Assembly (NCBI GenBank): GCA_964016885.1
Contig: OZ024743.1
Location: 145,204,001 to 145,268,000 of the forward strand
Reading direction: 5' to 3'
DNA length: 64,000 nt
DNA from: Eledone cirrhosa
Lineage: Eukaryota
The notes beneath the pieces were generated by a model. That model made no database searches and was not told the origin of the DNA. It saw nothing but the letters and a program-made list of their open reading frames with translations. Made by a program: the position numbers and the translations under genes. The first letter of the stretch is position 1. Each line of letters begins with the position of its first letter. Below, piece by piece: positions 14,931 through 27,866 of the stretch.

Positions 14931-15688
14931 TATATCCACTTTGTCTGATTTACTCGTTTTATTTACAAAAAAAAACAGGAGATCATTCTCAAGATCTCAA
15001 CAGAGACTACCCACAAGGAACGGGGGAAAAACGTAGAATAACCAGATCACTCTCAAGATCTCAACAGAGATTACCCACAAGAAACTGGGCGAAAAAAACG
15101 ATCTAAACCTGAAAGCAAACCTAGGTCATTTCTCCAGATTGTTAAAAATAATGCTAAAAATAAATGGAAAAATAATATACATAATACCAAAAATAGGACA
15201 AAATAAACATAACGAAACCAAATATAATATCACGACCAAAGGTTCATCAAGCAAACACCAACAGGAATATAAATCCTGAACAGAGAAAATCCATTTTTTA
15301 ACGTCAGGACAACAAAAACCGGAAAAAGAAAAACTCCAGGAGGAAACATACCCAAAACAACTGTACACGTAGATCCTAAAATAATTAATTTATCCAAAAG
15401 AGATCTTGACAATGATGAAATGCAAATTCTTTCTAAAGGACTGAAATTCACACCGACTCCAACAGTCAACCACCAAGAACTGAAGGAGGATACCCAAGAA
15501 TTCTGTCGAAAATTACGTCTTGTAGAATTCTTTGCTGATAAAAGTAATGAGAGTAAAGAATAAAGAATAAATCAAATTTCGCTCCGCCAAAAGGAAGAAA
15601 TATCTATCTCGACCAATACATTAACATCCTGTCTAAATTCCCTCTTATACGTAATACTAATATCAGGCCAAACATTAACAAATCAGAA

Positions 15689-17005
15689 ATGTCTGCACTT
15701 AAACGTATAGAAAATGATAAAACAATAATAATTAAACAAACAGATAAAGGGGGTGCAGTTGTTATAATGGATGCTGAATACTACAAAGATTTGGTTGAGG
15801 AACAACTGAAAGACACAACATTCTATCATGAAATACCGTCAAATATAGACCACAACATCATGAAGAAGATCAACAACCTGGCTTCAAAATACCACAACTC
15901 ACTTACTGATAAGGAAAGAGACTACTTCACCAATTTTGAGCCAAAACCCAGCAACCTGTATGGCCTACCGAAAGTTCATAAGTCAAAAGAAATACAACTG
16001 GCAGTAAAAGAACAAAACAGTGAGTACATTAAATTACTACACCCAAAAGACTTAAAACTTAGACCTATTATAGCTGGTACAACATGCCCTACCCGCCGTC
16101 TAAGCAATTTTGTTGACATTATTTTGAAACCACTATGTATTCACATACCCAGTTTCATCCGGGATGATATCGACTTCCTGTCCCATCTTCTCAAAACCAC
16201 GGAAACGAATTCACTTCTACTTAGTTTTTATGTGGTAAGCCTTTTCACCAACATCACACATGATTTAGGAATAAAGGCGGTTAGATACTGGGTGGAAAAA
16301 CATAGAGAAGTGATTCCCACCAGATTCACAGCGCCATTTATATTAGACGCAGTCAAACTTATTCTGGAAAACAACACTTTCTTTTTCAATGGAAAGAATT
16401 ACATCCAAATTAGAGGCACAGTGATGGGAACGAAGTTTTCTCCCGTTTACGCGAACTCTGTAATGGAATACTTAGAACAACAACTCTACCAAGAAATAGA
16501 GGAAAAATATAGTACTGACTTTAGAAAGTACATTGAAAAATCTTGGAAGAGATACCTTGACGACTGTTTCATCATCTGGACAGAATCTCTAGATACTCTG
16601 GATGGGTTCAATATCCTCCTGAATAACCTACACCCATCTTTCCAATTCACGAAAGAGATGAGTAGCACTAAATTACCATTCCTAGATATAATGGTAATCA
16701 AAAACAGCACCATCATTACCTCGGATATATATTATAAACACACAGACACCCATCAACATCTGAATTTTAAGTCGTGCCATCCACCTCATACAAATCGCAA
16801 CATCCCATACTGCCTAGCTAGAAGAATTTGTACCATTGTAGAAGATACGAATACTAGGAACAAACGCCTAACAGAACTAAGAGAATTTGTGCTCAAACAA
16901 AAATACCCATCTCTACTTATAGAAAATGGCATACAGCGGGCTATAAAAATACCTATACAACAACCCAAGGAAGAAGAAACCAAGAACTGGTCAAACCATT
17001 TATAA
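15689..17005 (+). pseudogene. PLE reverse transcriptase (disrupted ORF)
   Basis: IKQTDKGGAVVIMD, LYGLPKVHK, LRPII, SLFTNI, GTVMGTKFSP, RYLDDCFIIW, LPFLDI, YYKHTDTHQHLNFKSCHP. Confidence 0.93.
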
Positions 17006-17562
17006 TGACACACAACCCATGTCACCAGAATATCTTCAACACTGCCAAAGCAAACCTACCGATCATTTCTCAAAGTAATGAATTAAAAGGCTTAATCACA
17101 GATCGATCTTTGACTCTTAGTAAAAGACAGCCGAAACATTTGAAGCAATTACTAACAAAAGGAAAGTTTGACCTTAACAACAAAGACCAATCATTCACTG
17201 TATCGAAATGCAATGATAGTCGATGTGGCACATGTCAATCCATACACCCCGGTCAATATATAAAAACAAAAACTGGAAAAATATTCACAAATGCAAATAT
17301 GAACTGCATTAAATGCCCGAATTGTGAAGAACTATATGTCGGTCAAACTGGAAATGCACTATCGGAACGTACACGGGTCCACCGACAGCAAATTAGAGAC
17401 CCAAATGTCCGTCAAATACCCGTGAGTAACCATCTAGCAACATGTGTTAAGAGAATATTTATAATATTTCCATTCTACAAATTACACAGCCCAAGTGAAA
17501 TCAAGAGAAAAATCAAAAAGATTTTTATTGATAAATTCCAACCCAAGCTAAATGAACAATAA
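17005..17562 (+). pseudogene. PLE GIY-YIG endonuclease (frameshifted from the RT)
   Basis: CNDSRCGTC; CIKCPNCEELYVGQTG...RTRVHRQQI; PKLN C-terminus. Confidence 0.88.
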
Positions 17563-17936
17563 TAATGGGGTATTACTCCTACTATGACTACGACCATGTC
17601 GACTACTACCACTAACAATAACAACGACAATAATAATAATAATAAATGTGATGTCGATGGTGATGATTACTAGAAAATGCTATTTTCATCATTTCTAAAA
17701 ATAGCAAAACAATTGATGCTTTGGATAGGGTCAAATAGTAGTCGTTAGACATGCTCAACCAACCGTGACGCCTAAACCAATCAGCTTTAGTAATCCCGTG
17801 AAACTACACACCGATTGGTCGAAATACAGTTTGCAGAATCTAGCATTCTGTAGCCACTTCTCACTGTATATAAGGCACAAAATTTACCCATCTCCTTACA
17901 GTTGAAAATTGCAAACTTGACTGTCACCACAGAATA

Positions 17937-17975
17937 TGAACCTGAAGATTGCGAAAGCATGAAAGTACTTGTTCA
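17937..17975 (+). ncRNA. Minimal type I hammerhead in the PLE 3' UTR
   Basis: TGAAC-CTGAAGA-TTGC gaaa GCAT-GAAA-GTAC-TT-GTTCA; palindromic stem III, CUU site, mismatch at the base of helix II. Confidence 0.72.
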
Positions 17976-18135
17976 ATTAACACTTAACATTTAATATTCT
18001 ACCATACTATTTCATTCTAATACCATTATAAATTTTAAAGGATTGTAAATAAAACGAGTAAATCAGACAAAGTTGGAATTCCTTTTATTAATATAATCTT
18101 CTATACACAATCATACACACCCGTGTATATTTATC

Positions 18136-18166
<31 letters not shown>

Positions 18167-18309
18167 GTGAGGGTTTTTTTACAAAATGAAAAATAACCGA
18201 GGTGTCCTACACGAGTGAAAGTATAAAGAAAAAGAGATGAAATTGAAAATGCAACTGGAGTCTTATTTTTTATTTTTTTTTATTTTTAAATATATATATT
18301 TATTTGGTT

Positions 18310-18347
18310 CCTTTACCGGTTTCGCAGTTCTTCTGCTTTTCAAAAGG
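18310..18347 (-). ncRNA. Minimal hammerhead, U3-A8 core variant
   Basis: Reverse complement of 18420-18457. Confidence 0.7.
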
Positions 18348-18419
18348 TGAGTTGAGATGGAGGATCTGTGGTTTTTCTCACATCTGTGAGAAAAACCACA
18401 GATCCTCCATCTCAACTCA

Positions 18420-18457
18420 CCTTTTGAAAAGCAGAAGAACTGCGAAACCGGTAAAGG
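18420..18457 (+). ncRNA. Minimal hammerhead, U3-A8 core variant
   Basis: CCTT-TTGAAAA-GCAG aagaa CTGC-GAAA-CCGG-TA-AAGG; helices I and II pair perfectly, stem III is palindromic, GUA site. Confidence 0.7.
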
Positions 18458-18528
18458 AACCAAATAAATGTATATATTTAAAAAAAAAAAATAAGACTCC
18501 AGTTGCATTTTCGATTTCATCTCTTTTT

Positions 18529-18816
<288 letters not shown>

Positions 18817-18984
18817 ACCTACACAAAGAATTCTCTTCTTTTCTTCCCATGCTTCCAACCCCACTTCCTACCTTACCCTTCCCTCCCCTCCCACCCTTGA
18901 TATCTGCTCCATAAAATATCCCCCACCACTACCATCCCTAAACAATACCAAACCTATAAGTATCAACGACTTTTTATGTCACCC

Positions 18985-19036
18985 GGCATTCCTGATGACT
19001 TTAGACGAATGAAACAGTTCTAGTCCTGTAGAAGCC
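18985..19036 (+). ncRNA. Candidate hammerhead in a PLE 3' UTR remnant
   Basis: GGCATTC-CTGATGA-(weak helix II)-GAAA-CAG...CTG-TA-GAAGCC. Confidence 0.5.
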
Positions 19037-19565
19037 ATTTCTATATTAAATAATTATACATATATATGTATATATATAATTATTTAATATATAAATGGCT
19101 TATATATATATATGTATGTATATATATATATATATATAAGCCCCCACTACCCTCTCTCCTTCTCCCCCTGAAACCACCCACACCAACACATTCACACACC
19201 CATACCATCCCTCCACCCACTCCCACCATGGACGTATATCCCCCTACCCCTTTTATTTTTATTTTTATCTTTATCATTATTTTTGTTTATTTTTACTTTG
19301 TAACTTTCCTCCTTAAAACCTTCCTTACTCCTCGGAGCTCTTGTTCTCCACCTATCCGAACTTTCCTGATGAAGGAATTATGTCCGAAACGTTGACACCT
19401 CCTTTATTTCCACCAAGCCTGAACCTAATATAACTGTGTACAATTGCCTCCTGTGTTTTGTTCGTTCATTTTCAACTATATATACATATTACCCACTCTA
19501 CTACCCTAAGTATTGAGTACTTTGGTGCGTTATGGTCCACCTGGTTCATTACCACATTTCCTTCG

Positions 19566-19566
<1 letters not shown>

Positions 19567-19628
<62 letters not shown>

Positions 19629-19720
19629 CATATATATATAATTTATTACTGTGTATATATGTATGTAGGCATATACAGACAGATAGAGAGATAGATATAT
19701 ACAGATAGATGTATACAGAC

Positions 19721-19817
<97 letters not shown>
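19567..19817. repeat. (TA)n and (AGAT)n microsatellites
   Basis: Seen directly. Confidence 0.95.
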
Positions 19818-19818
<1 letters not shown>

Positions 19819-21486
19819 TTCTGAAAAAAATCAATACTTCTATGACACAGGCATTTCAAAATTGGATATAATGAACTACATGTAGTAATACACTCTAGGT
19901 TGACAGTATTTACATTGAAGATATTGTCTTAATTCTTTGCGGCTGTATTTGTTTCCAGAACATTTGCGCTCGGCACCTTTGCTTAGATTGGAAATATTTT
20001 ATAAACACATCTTATGTTTTCGTGCAATTTTTTTGTAAATAGTTGCCTGAAGATCATCAAAGTAAAGGCTTTGAAGTAATAACCAATATCTTTTATCCTC
20101 ATTTTTTTAAATGAAAAGCAAATAAAACACGCATTAAATGTTATTTTCTTTCTGAAAAGAATTAGATGAAAATATATTTAGAGATTTTCTTTATAATGTT
20201 TTATATCAATATATTGCTGAGAATGGATTTTAGGGGTCAGAGGTGTAAGTTGTAGAAATATTTTGAATAAAACGAGCTGTGTTTATTATTCAAGATCTAT
20301 AGTGCATGTTTATATTGAAAGCCATCAGGAACTATCTGAATAAATAATAATACCTTAGATGAGATCCGTATATGTTTTTTCTGACTTCAAATAATCCTGG
20401 TTACCTCTCTTTCCCCCAGTATTCAAAATTATATCTGTAAACCATGTAATCCCTTATCAATGTACCGAGTTGGTTCAGCCTCATTTTCAGATATATAAAC
20501 TAAAGCAACTAGATTTAAATATTTTCTCAGAGATTCACATTAATACCAATTGCATGCTTATTTGGATAGTATAATCTGATCAACAAGTTTTTAAATATTT
20601 TGAAGCAATCGATACTTATAGTAGTTTATAAAATGTAGCACGTTTAAAAAATATTCATTTAAAAAATTACCTCAAATATATACGAGCTCACGAGGGAGCT
20701 TCTGTGCATTCGCTGTACCTACGAGAAATAATAAATAAATTTTCTTCACGCCACAGCCTAAAATCTTAAGTAAAGATGGAACAATGTAGCTCTTAACATA
20801 AGATAAAAACTGGATCATCAACTACAACCTAAAAGTATAAATGCACGAATATACACACGGTACGTTATTTATCGATCCTGGGAGTACTAAAGGCGAAGTT
20901 GATCTCGGTGGGATATAAACTCAAAATCAAAGAACCAGAATAAAAACTACAAAAAACTTCACCCGTCACTCTGCCCATTTTCTTCCTACGGACCTTTTAG
21001 GAAACAGTTTCTTTTATACACGCCATCAAAAATATAACCGTTTAGCTATGGTATATCTCGGATTGTAAGCAAGAAACCTACGTGTATGTGTTGTGTACGA
21101 ACATAGTCTTGAGTTTTTATCGAGAACGAATAAAGAATTTAAACATCGTTTCTTCTCTTACTTTTTTTTTTTGTCTAATGATTACAATAATTATCCCGCA
21201 GTAAACTGTTTTATCTTGGACATATACGTTGACAGAATCTACTTGTATATGGGTTATCTTAGTGTCGTCTTGTTAACTACGCGCTTGGGTAGAGCGGAAT
21301 TCCAGAAATCTGTATTTCTTATCTAATATGTCAGATGATGTTTCGAAACCAAATACACGACAACCTGATCCTGTATTACAAACTTTCTAGAATAAACTTA
21401 CCAAAGAATACAGAAATTAAATATTTCTAAAATATAATTTCCTTGCTTTATCTAGTTATGTTTTCTCTTTCCTTTTATTACACACT

Positions 21487-21520
<34 letters not shown>

Positions 21521-22699
21521 CTATCTCTCTCTCTCTTTCCCCCCCTCTCTCTCTCTCTCTCGCTCTCTCCCTCTCTCTCTCTCTATCTATCTCTTTTTCG
21601 TTCTCTCTCCATATACACACAACACACACTCACACACACTCTATATATATTCACATATAGACACGAGTGTGTACGTTGTGTCTGCTTGCAATCATGCAAT
21701 CACTTTCCTATAGACTTCAAAATATACTACCTCTAGTTAAAGTGTCAGTTTCAATATATATCATATTTATATTGTAACAACACAGTTTATATAAGAGAGA
21801 CAGTATTTTATGTTTTACATCTTACTCATAGTCTTCTGTAATTTAGTTATTTACTTATTGTCTTTCTTGGCACTTCTTTTATTTCGTCTTTTAAAAATTC
21901 AAATATATCTAGATTCTAATGCTCGCTCAATAATATTAACTTTAAATATTTATCTTCACAACTGCTTATTTATAACAGTAAACATTTTAATATATTCTTA
22001 AATATATATACTCTTTCATTAATTATATATGTGTGCATATATGTATGTAAGAGTGTATGTATGTATGTATGTATGCATGTATGTATGTGTGTATGTATGA
22101 ATGAATGTATGTATTGATGTCGACTTTTCTAACATAAATATCTACGTTTTGTCTTAAGCTTGCAATTTTTATGTAGTCGTGTTACTAGACAAAATGTTCT
22201 TGTTTAGTTTGGGTGTATTAGATGTGTAAAACAAGAAAGGGGTAAAGGAAGTTTAACTATGCCATTAAGTTACCAATTTCTGGGGAGTAGTAGTCATTAT
22301 AGAGACGGTAAGAAAAGGAAGTTGGGATAATGCAGTTTAAGATTACAGTGGAAGTTTGTCTATCAGGTAAGTAGGTTTTATTAAAAATTAATATAACGAT
22401 TGGAGTAAACTCTTTAGATATAAATGCGCAATTTCTAACAGTTTCGTAAAGAGTTACTTTCCAGAATCGGGGTTAAATATTGTTCGCAAATAACAGTCTA
22501 CTAATTTCATTCTTACGTTGCAAATGTAATATTTCCAATAAAATGTAGAATATGTATGATAAAGAAATATATCGTGTTGCTGCCGTTGTTTAATATCAAG
22601 TTGGGCTTGATCGAGCAGAGCTATGATCAAAGATATTCAAGCTATGAAAATTTAATCTTTTCCTTATACTTTCATTTCTTGTGAAAATGACAAGTGCTA

Positions 22700-23800
22700 C
22701 TAGTTCGGTGGTTCATCTGCTGCCACACCCATTACGCGGAGGGCTTGGCCTTCGATGGTTGATGATGCCCAAGCATGCGCTGAGGCTATGTCGTTTGCAA
22801 AATTTCCTAAACGGTGAACAAATGTGGTTGCCTTTTGTCAGGTGCAGCTCGTCTCTTTGACTGAACTGCAGTCTTGGGTCAAGAAAAGACTAAGTCCGGG
22901 CCCCAGGCATCTGGAATGTTGTCAGATGTTCACAGCCCTCAACCTTTTGGGCAATGCGGTCAATGGAAATTCCGTGTTAGTGTCCTATTGACGACTAGTG
23001 ATGGGCAAGAGCGACGATGTTCTTGTAAAACTCGAGAATGAACTAATCAGTCTGTTCCAAAGAACTTTCAGACTATGAACAATTTCTAGAAATTCCCGAC
23101 CTGGCAGTGCTACCGGGGGAGGGGGAACTGCATGTTCGTGACAAACCCTACAGGCATAGAAGTGCTGTTAGATGGATCTGTTCGAGATGTGCACAATACG
23201 ACGAAACCGTTCTGCACGCACTTGTCCAGTGTCTGAGCATTGCTGACTTGTAGAGTTTTTTTCAAACAGCTATTGTGAGACGTAAGACGAATCCAGCTAT
23301 CGATCAACTCCATCATAGAGATCGCCTTGCTGCCTTCTTTTGGTCGGGAAGGGAAATCAGTTTACCTGTCTGGAAGCTGTGGTGAAATGCTGTGTGGTGG
23401 ATGCAATTGATGCTCATCGACTTTTTCAAATTCAACTTGGAAAGAAAGGTGATGAGGGTAGAGGAGGAAGTACTGCTCCTCAGTATATTTGTTAAAAAGT
23501 GGGTGAATGTAGCGAGGATAACCCGAGCCTACTTTAAGCATGCAACTGTATGCTTGCGAGTTCAAAGGGGATAGGGGCACCTTCCTATGGTGCTTTTATC
23601 AATCTGGGTAGTTTCGGATCTGTGGAACTTGTAAATTACACCTGGGCGGGACTTTCCTCTATAAGAATTCTGTTATTATTAATTTTTCATGTTACCATCT
23701 GATTTGTTTTTTCTGTTTATTCGATTTATGTAAATCCCCACTGTCCCATTTCATTTGTATTCTCCTTTGTGTTCCGGTCATAGTGACCAATAAAGACTGA
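22700..23800 (+). pseudogene. Degraded 3' end of an L1/Tx1-clade LINE
   Basis: GGLGL.W-like motif near 22740 and a zf-RVT-like stretch (LHVRDK..YRHRS...CSRCAQYDETVLHALVQC) near 23125-23235; AATAAA near 23790. Confidence 0.6.
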
Positions 23801-26184
23801 AAGAAACATTTTTTTTTTTACTTTAATTTCAGAAAGAACACAGAAATATTAAAGTAGTGAACGCTAAATCACTACTACACTTTATGGCGTATTATATGCA
23901 TTATGCACATCTCATTGCACACCACCAATATTTTGTAAACATATATGATTTCTCTTTATATCTTCTATCCATAGTTTGGATATCTTGATGGAACGTTTCT
24001 CCGTTGATGACAGAATGAGAGTGAACAATCAGGCCAACACTACAATCTGAGACTGAATACTTTTGAATTTCCACTACGCTTCTTTTTTTTCTGTCACTGT
24101 GAAGGGGAATTCATCATCTAAAAGTAACTTTCTTATCTTTGGAGCTATTGAGACACCTTCCTATATTTTATTGTAATTGATTCTTGGATTTTTGAATAAA
24201 TGTATTTGAGGCAATCAGTATTTATTTTTAATCCTTTGATATTCTACTTCCTCAAGTCTGATGCATGCGTGGTAGGGTATCTTTAATTGATTTATTTAGT
24301 TTTTCATGCAAACTGTTCTTCTATCCAGATGCGAACATTTTTCTGTGAGACCAATTTTTCCTCTTTTAATGCTGGCTACGTGATCTACTATCTCATTCAC
24401 ATATAAAACATGGAATTAGAGTGTACAAAGATTGCTGGCTTAATAACGTGCGTATTTACCATATTTGATGTTTTATAAATGAAATATCTGGTTTTGGAGT
24501 TTTCATTTAAATTAAGAGAATAGGCTACTGGTATTGATACATATGCACATGCAGGAATCGATAAATAGACACAGATCACCGATTCCATAATCAATTCTTA
24601 GCTTAAACACCAAACCTGAAATCCCCTTGCAAAACAAATTGCACAACTTTGCTCTCGTGCTTTGCATTCTAGGATAAGGATATACTGAATCTTAATAAAC
24701 ATTTTTGCAGCTTCCTTATGTAAATTCAAATCCCTAATTAAATCGTGCATTTCAGTTTGTTTTAACTGTGAATAAGCTTTCGGCTATCTTCTTCCGCCTC
24801 ATATAGGCGGCCAACTGACTCAGTTGTTAGAAACTAAACAAAGGAGCTTGCCGTACTTGTTTCAACTTTCTGTGCCCTGAATTCAAATCTCACCGAGGTC
24901 AGTTTTGTCTTTCATCCTTCTGGGATTGATAAAATAATGCCCCAGTCCAGGGCGGTGGATTGCTGTAATTGTTAGAACGTCAAATGAGATATCTGGTACT
25001 ATTCGTTTCTGAGTTCTTGGATGGTAGACTTAATTCATTGCTCTGTTTAACACCGACATCTAGTCGTGGATTCATTTAGCGGAGTTCAATCTGTTGAAGC
25101 TCTTGGACGATGTATCTGGTTTGAGAATAATTTCCTTCCAACTTCCAGCCAATCAGTGAAGACCTGAAAAAGTAGTCATGGACGTTGCACTTTCCGACCT
25201 GATTAAGCGATAAAAAAAGCATCATTGTCTAAATTAGTATCAGTATCTATATTATTATCGAGGCTATCAGTGGAGTGGATGTCAATAATAGCCGTATCAT
25301 AAGTATAGATCTAATTTCTGATGAAAGGTTAGGTTCCTTGAACATTGTATCAACAGAAGTAGAAGTCGTCGATATAATTTCTATGTTGCTAGCATATCTT
25401 AGGGAATCAAAAACATTTTTTTTTTTTTTATCATGACTTGAGTTTCTCAATGATGCAACATCCATATGACAAATCTTGTATGGAGACCAACTTTTGTATT
25501 GATCTCCTTATTTTTTCCAAAGTAAGCTTAATAAATTATAATGTATATTACATCTCGTTTTCGCCTTTTAGCAACAACTATATCACATACAAAGTAAAAT
25601 ATGCATGGACTACTCATGCAACCTTTAGAAGATATAATTGCATCTGCAAAATAAATTTAACATTTATATCTAAAATTCGCTAACGGTTATAGAAAACGCA
25701 AGTTATATTATTCGGCGCTGTATATAGTATTTAGGTTCACAAAATACACATTATAAGGCTTTCTATAGATGTTGCCAATTAAGGAGATAAGTATTCAAAC
25801 TGAATTCTTTTAGAAAATTAGCCTCCAAAGATATATCCTGTTAAATTCAGTTCGGTGTAATCTTTTATTTCTTTTATTCAGGATCACATTGTCCATGGTG
25901 TATTTCTTTCTTTAAGACAGTAGGGTGAGTTTGAGGGAGATTGGCCTGCTGTTTCTAGGAGATGGAGCGGTTTCGTAGATGTTTTCTCATTGGCTAACAA
26001 TAGTCGGCATGTGGCGAAAATACACGATCGTAATGCCTTGGCGAAGTTATTTGAGTAGATGCCATACAAATGTATGTGTGTGTGCATGACTATGTATGTG
26101 TGTGCATGTGTGTGTGTGTGTGTGCGTTTCTATGAGTGCGTATGTATTTTATGTGTGTATATGTGTGTGTATGCGTCTGTGTGG

Positions 26185-26217
<33 letters not shown>

Positions 26218-26329
26218 ATGTATGTGTGTGTGTGTTTAGGGGCTGTTATTTCCATACCATGGTCTCATGGTACAGAATTGGATACGGCATGTAATTGGAT
26301 ACGGCAGAAGAACAAAATACAGTAAACTC

Positions 26330-27000
26330 ACATCGACACTCGTCCGTGTAATCGACGTTGTCGTCCCTCTGGTAACATCTTCCAGTATGTTCTTTCATGT
26401 GTAAATTCAGACCGATCTGGGATCTTCACTCGCGGTCGCAGATGTCGCTGATATTGGGACGGATGTGGCGTTATGCACATATCACATCGACATCAGTATT
26501 GGCAACCATCGTTTATTTGAGAGCTTTTGTTGTGATATTTATTTGGTGGATCGTCGCTCACCAAACATTTGTCATTCCCATGGGTATCCCAATCTATCAA
26601 TTTCATTTGATATTTGTTCGGTGTATTGCAAAGATCGTATTTGTATCTCTTGATCCCAGAAGTCTCACTTGACGAGCTTTAGTTCTGTATACAGGATCTT
26701 CTTTGTTATCCACCTATCCGCCATGTATATTGCTATAATAGCTTCCATGCACATGCACACGAAGTTTGCATTGGTGGAATGCTTTTAGCTGCAGCCGATG
26801 GCGTTTGTGCAATGTCCAGCTTTCACAGCAGTACGCTAGTGTTAACAACATAATGATTTTTTAAACATTGACCTTCATACTGGTGGTGAAACTTTTGTTG
26901 TTGAAGACTCAGCCTTTAAAAGATCCGAATGCTAAACTCATCTTTCTTAACCGACTCTTGATGTTACAAGAAATGCTGTAATTGCTGAGTACGTAGCTAC
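26330..27000 (-). pseudogene. Degraded RTE-clade LINE 3' fragment
   Basis: Minus strand SYVLSNYSISCNIKSRLRKMSLAFG resembles the RTE post-RT motif (LGS.LS...I..RI.KA..AFG). Confidence 0.55.
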
Positions 27001-27119
27001 ATCGATATTGATGCGCCCACACCCACGTACATACACACACACAGAGATATAGATATATATATACATACACGCACGCACACACGCACAAACACACACGGAT
27101 ATGTGTGTGTGCGTGTGTG

Positions 27120-27177
<58 letters not shown>

Positions 27178-27200
27178 CACACACGCACACACACATATTA

Positions 27201-27807
27201 TGTCAGGTCACCAGTTGGTGCTACTGGTAACATGTATCCCAGTACAACCTGTCTCATGGTCGGGTCGTTGGCGACTAAACTGGCAACCCCACCAAGGTTT
27301 CTTGGTGAGGAGGGTGACTTTGGACATCCTGCAGGACTAAAAACAAAACCTGTCAAAGGGCAAGGGAGCTCTTAAGACTCAATAGCCATCCCAAATCACC
27401 GGGAGAGATGACCCCTTAGCCTTTGTCAAGGCAGAATTCTAGGAGAAGGAAAACTCTGATATAACACCTGCAACCCTGATGGTATCCAATGATGTTGACT
27501 TGTTCTTCTTTTTGGTAAATATCATCTTGGTTAAGAGAGTGGGACTGGCTTTGTGCAGTGCCTTTGCTCACTATAAAAGCTTCACGGCACAGGCATTGCT
27601 TTATATCTGGAGATCTCTCTGCACTTGTCATCACATGGTACCATGGGCCCTGCACTATGTGTCAATAATGGTCACAAGTGTAGTCTTTGTACCAGAGTTT
27701 TCAAGTCGCTGGCTCGACTAAAAAGTCACACTCGTTCAGCGCATCGGTAGGGGTTCTCCTACATGGATATAAAGTAGTGGCCGTACTCGAAAACGAGTTG
27801 GCAGCCA

Positions 27808-27810
<3 letters not shown>
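27201..27810 (+). mobile_element. ~610 bp non-coding repeat element, copy 1 (SINE-like, possibly RTE-derived; orientation inferred)
   Basis: TGTCAGGTCACC...GGCAGCCACCA, near-identical to copies at 44283, 61556, 63098 and 63796; flanked by TA-rich microsatellite. Confidence 0.88.

Positions 27811-27866
<56 letters not shown>

Larger units (their letters stand above)
14938..18073 (+). mobile_element. Penelope-like retroelement, 5'-truncated, with a 31 bp inverted copy of its 3' end at the 5' boundary
   Basis: ACTTTGTCTGATTTACTCGTTTTATTTACAA (14938-14968) is the reverse complement of 18043-18073. N-terminal KIINLSKR...ILSKGLKFTPTP near 15380-15460. Confidence 0.92.

Noticed and set aside
23980-25470. 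Possible host exons on the minus strand
   Set aside because: Short frames, no recognisable domain and no consistent splice structure.
27202-27290. Complete HDV-like or twister ribozyme at the start of the 610 bp element
   Set aside because: Two partial HDV-like folds each lack a required element (P1.1/P2 in one, sound P1/P3 in the other), and the twister loop-4 motif is absent. Kept only as a hypothesis.
27201-27810. Solo-LTR interpretation from the TG...CA ends
   Set aside because: The TG and CA merge with flanking TATG/TA repeats, and I see no terminal inverted repeat, 4-6 bp TSD, PBS or PPT. Not fully excluded.
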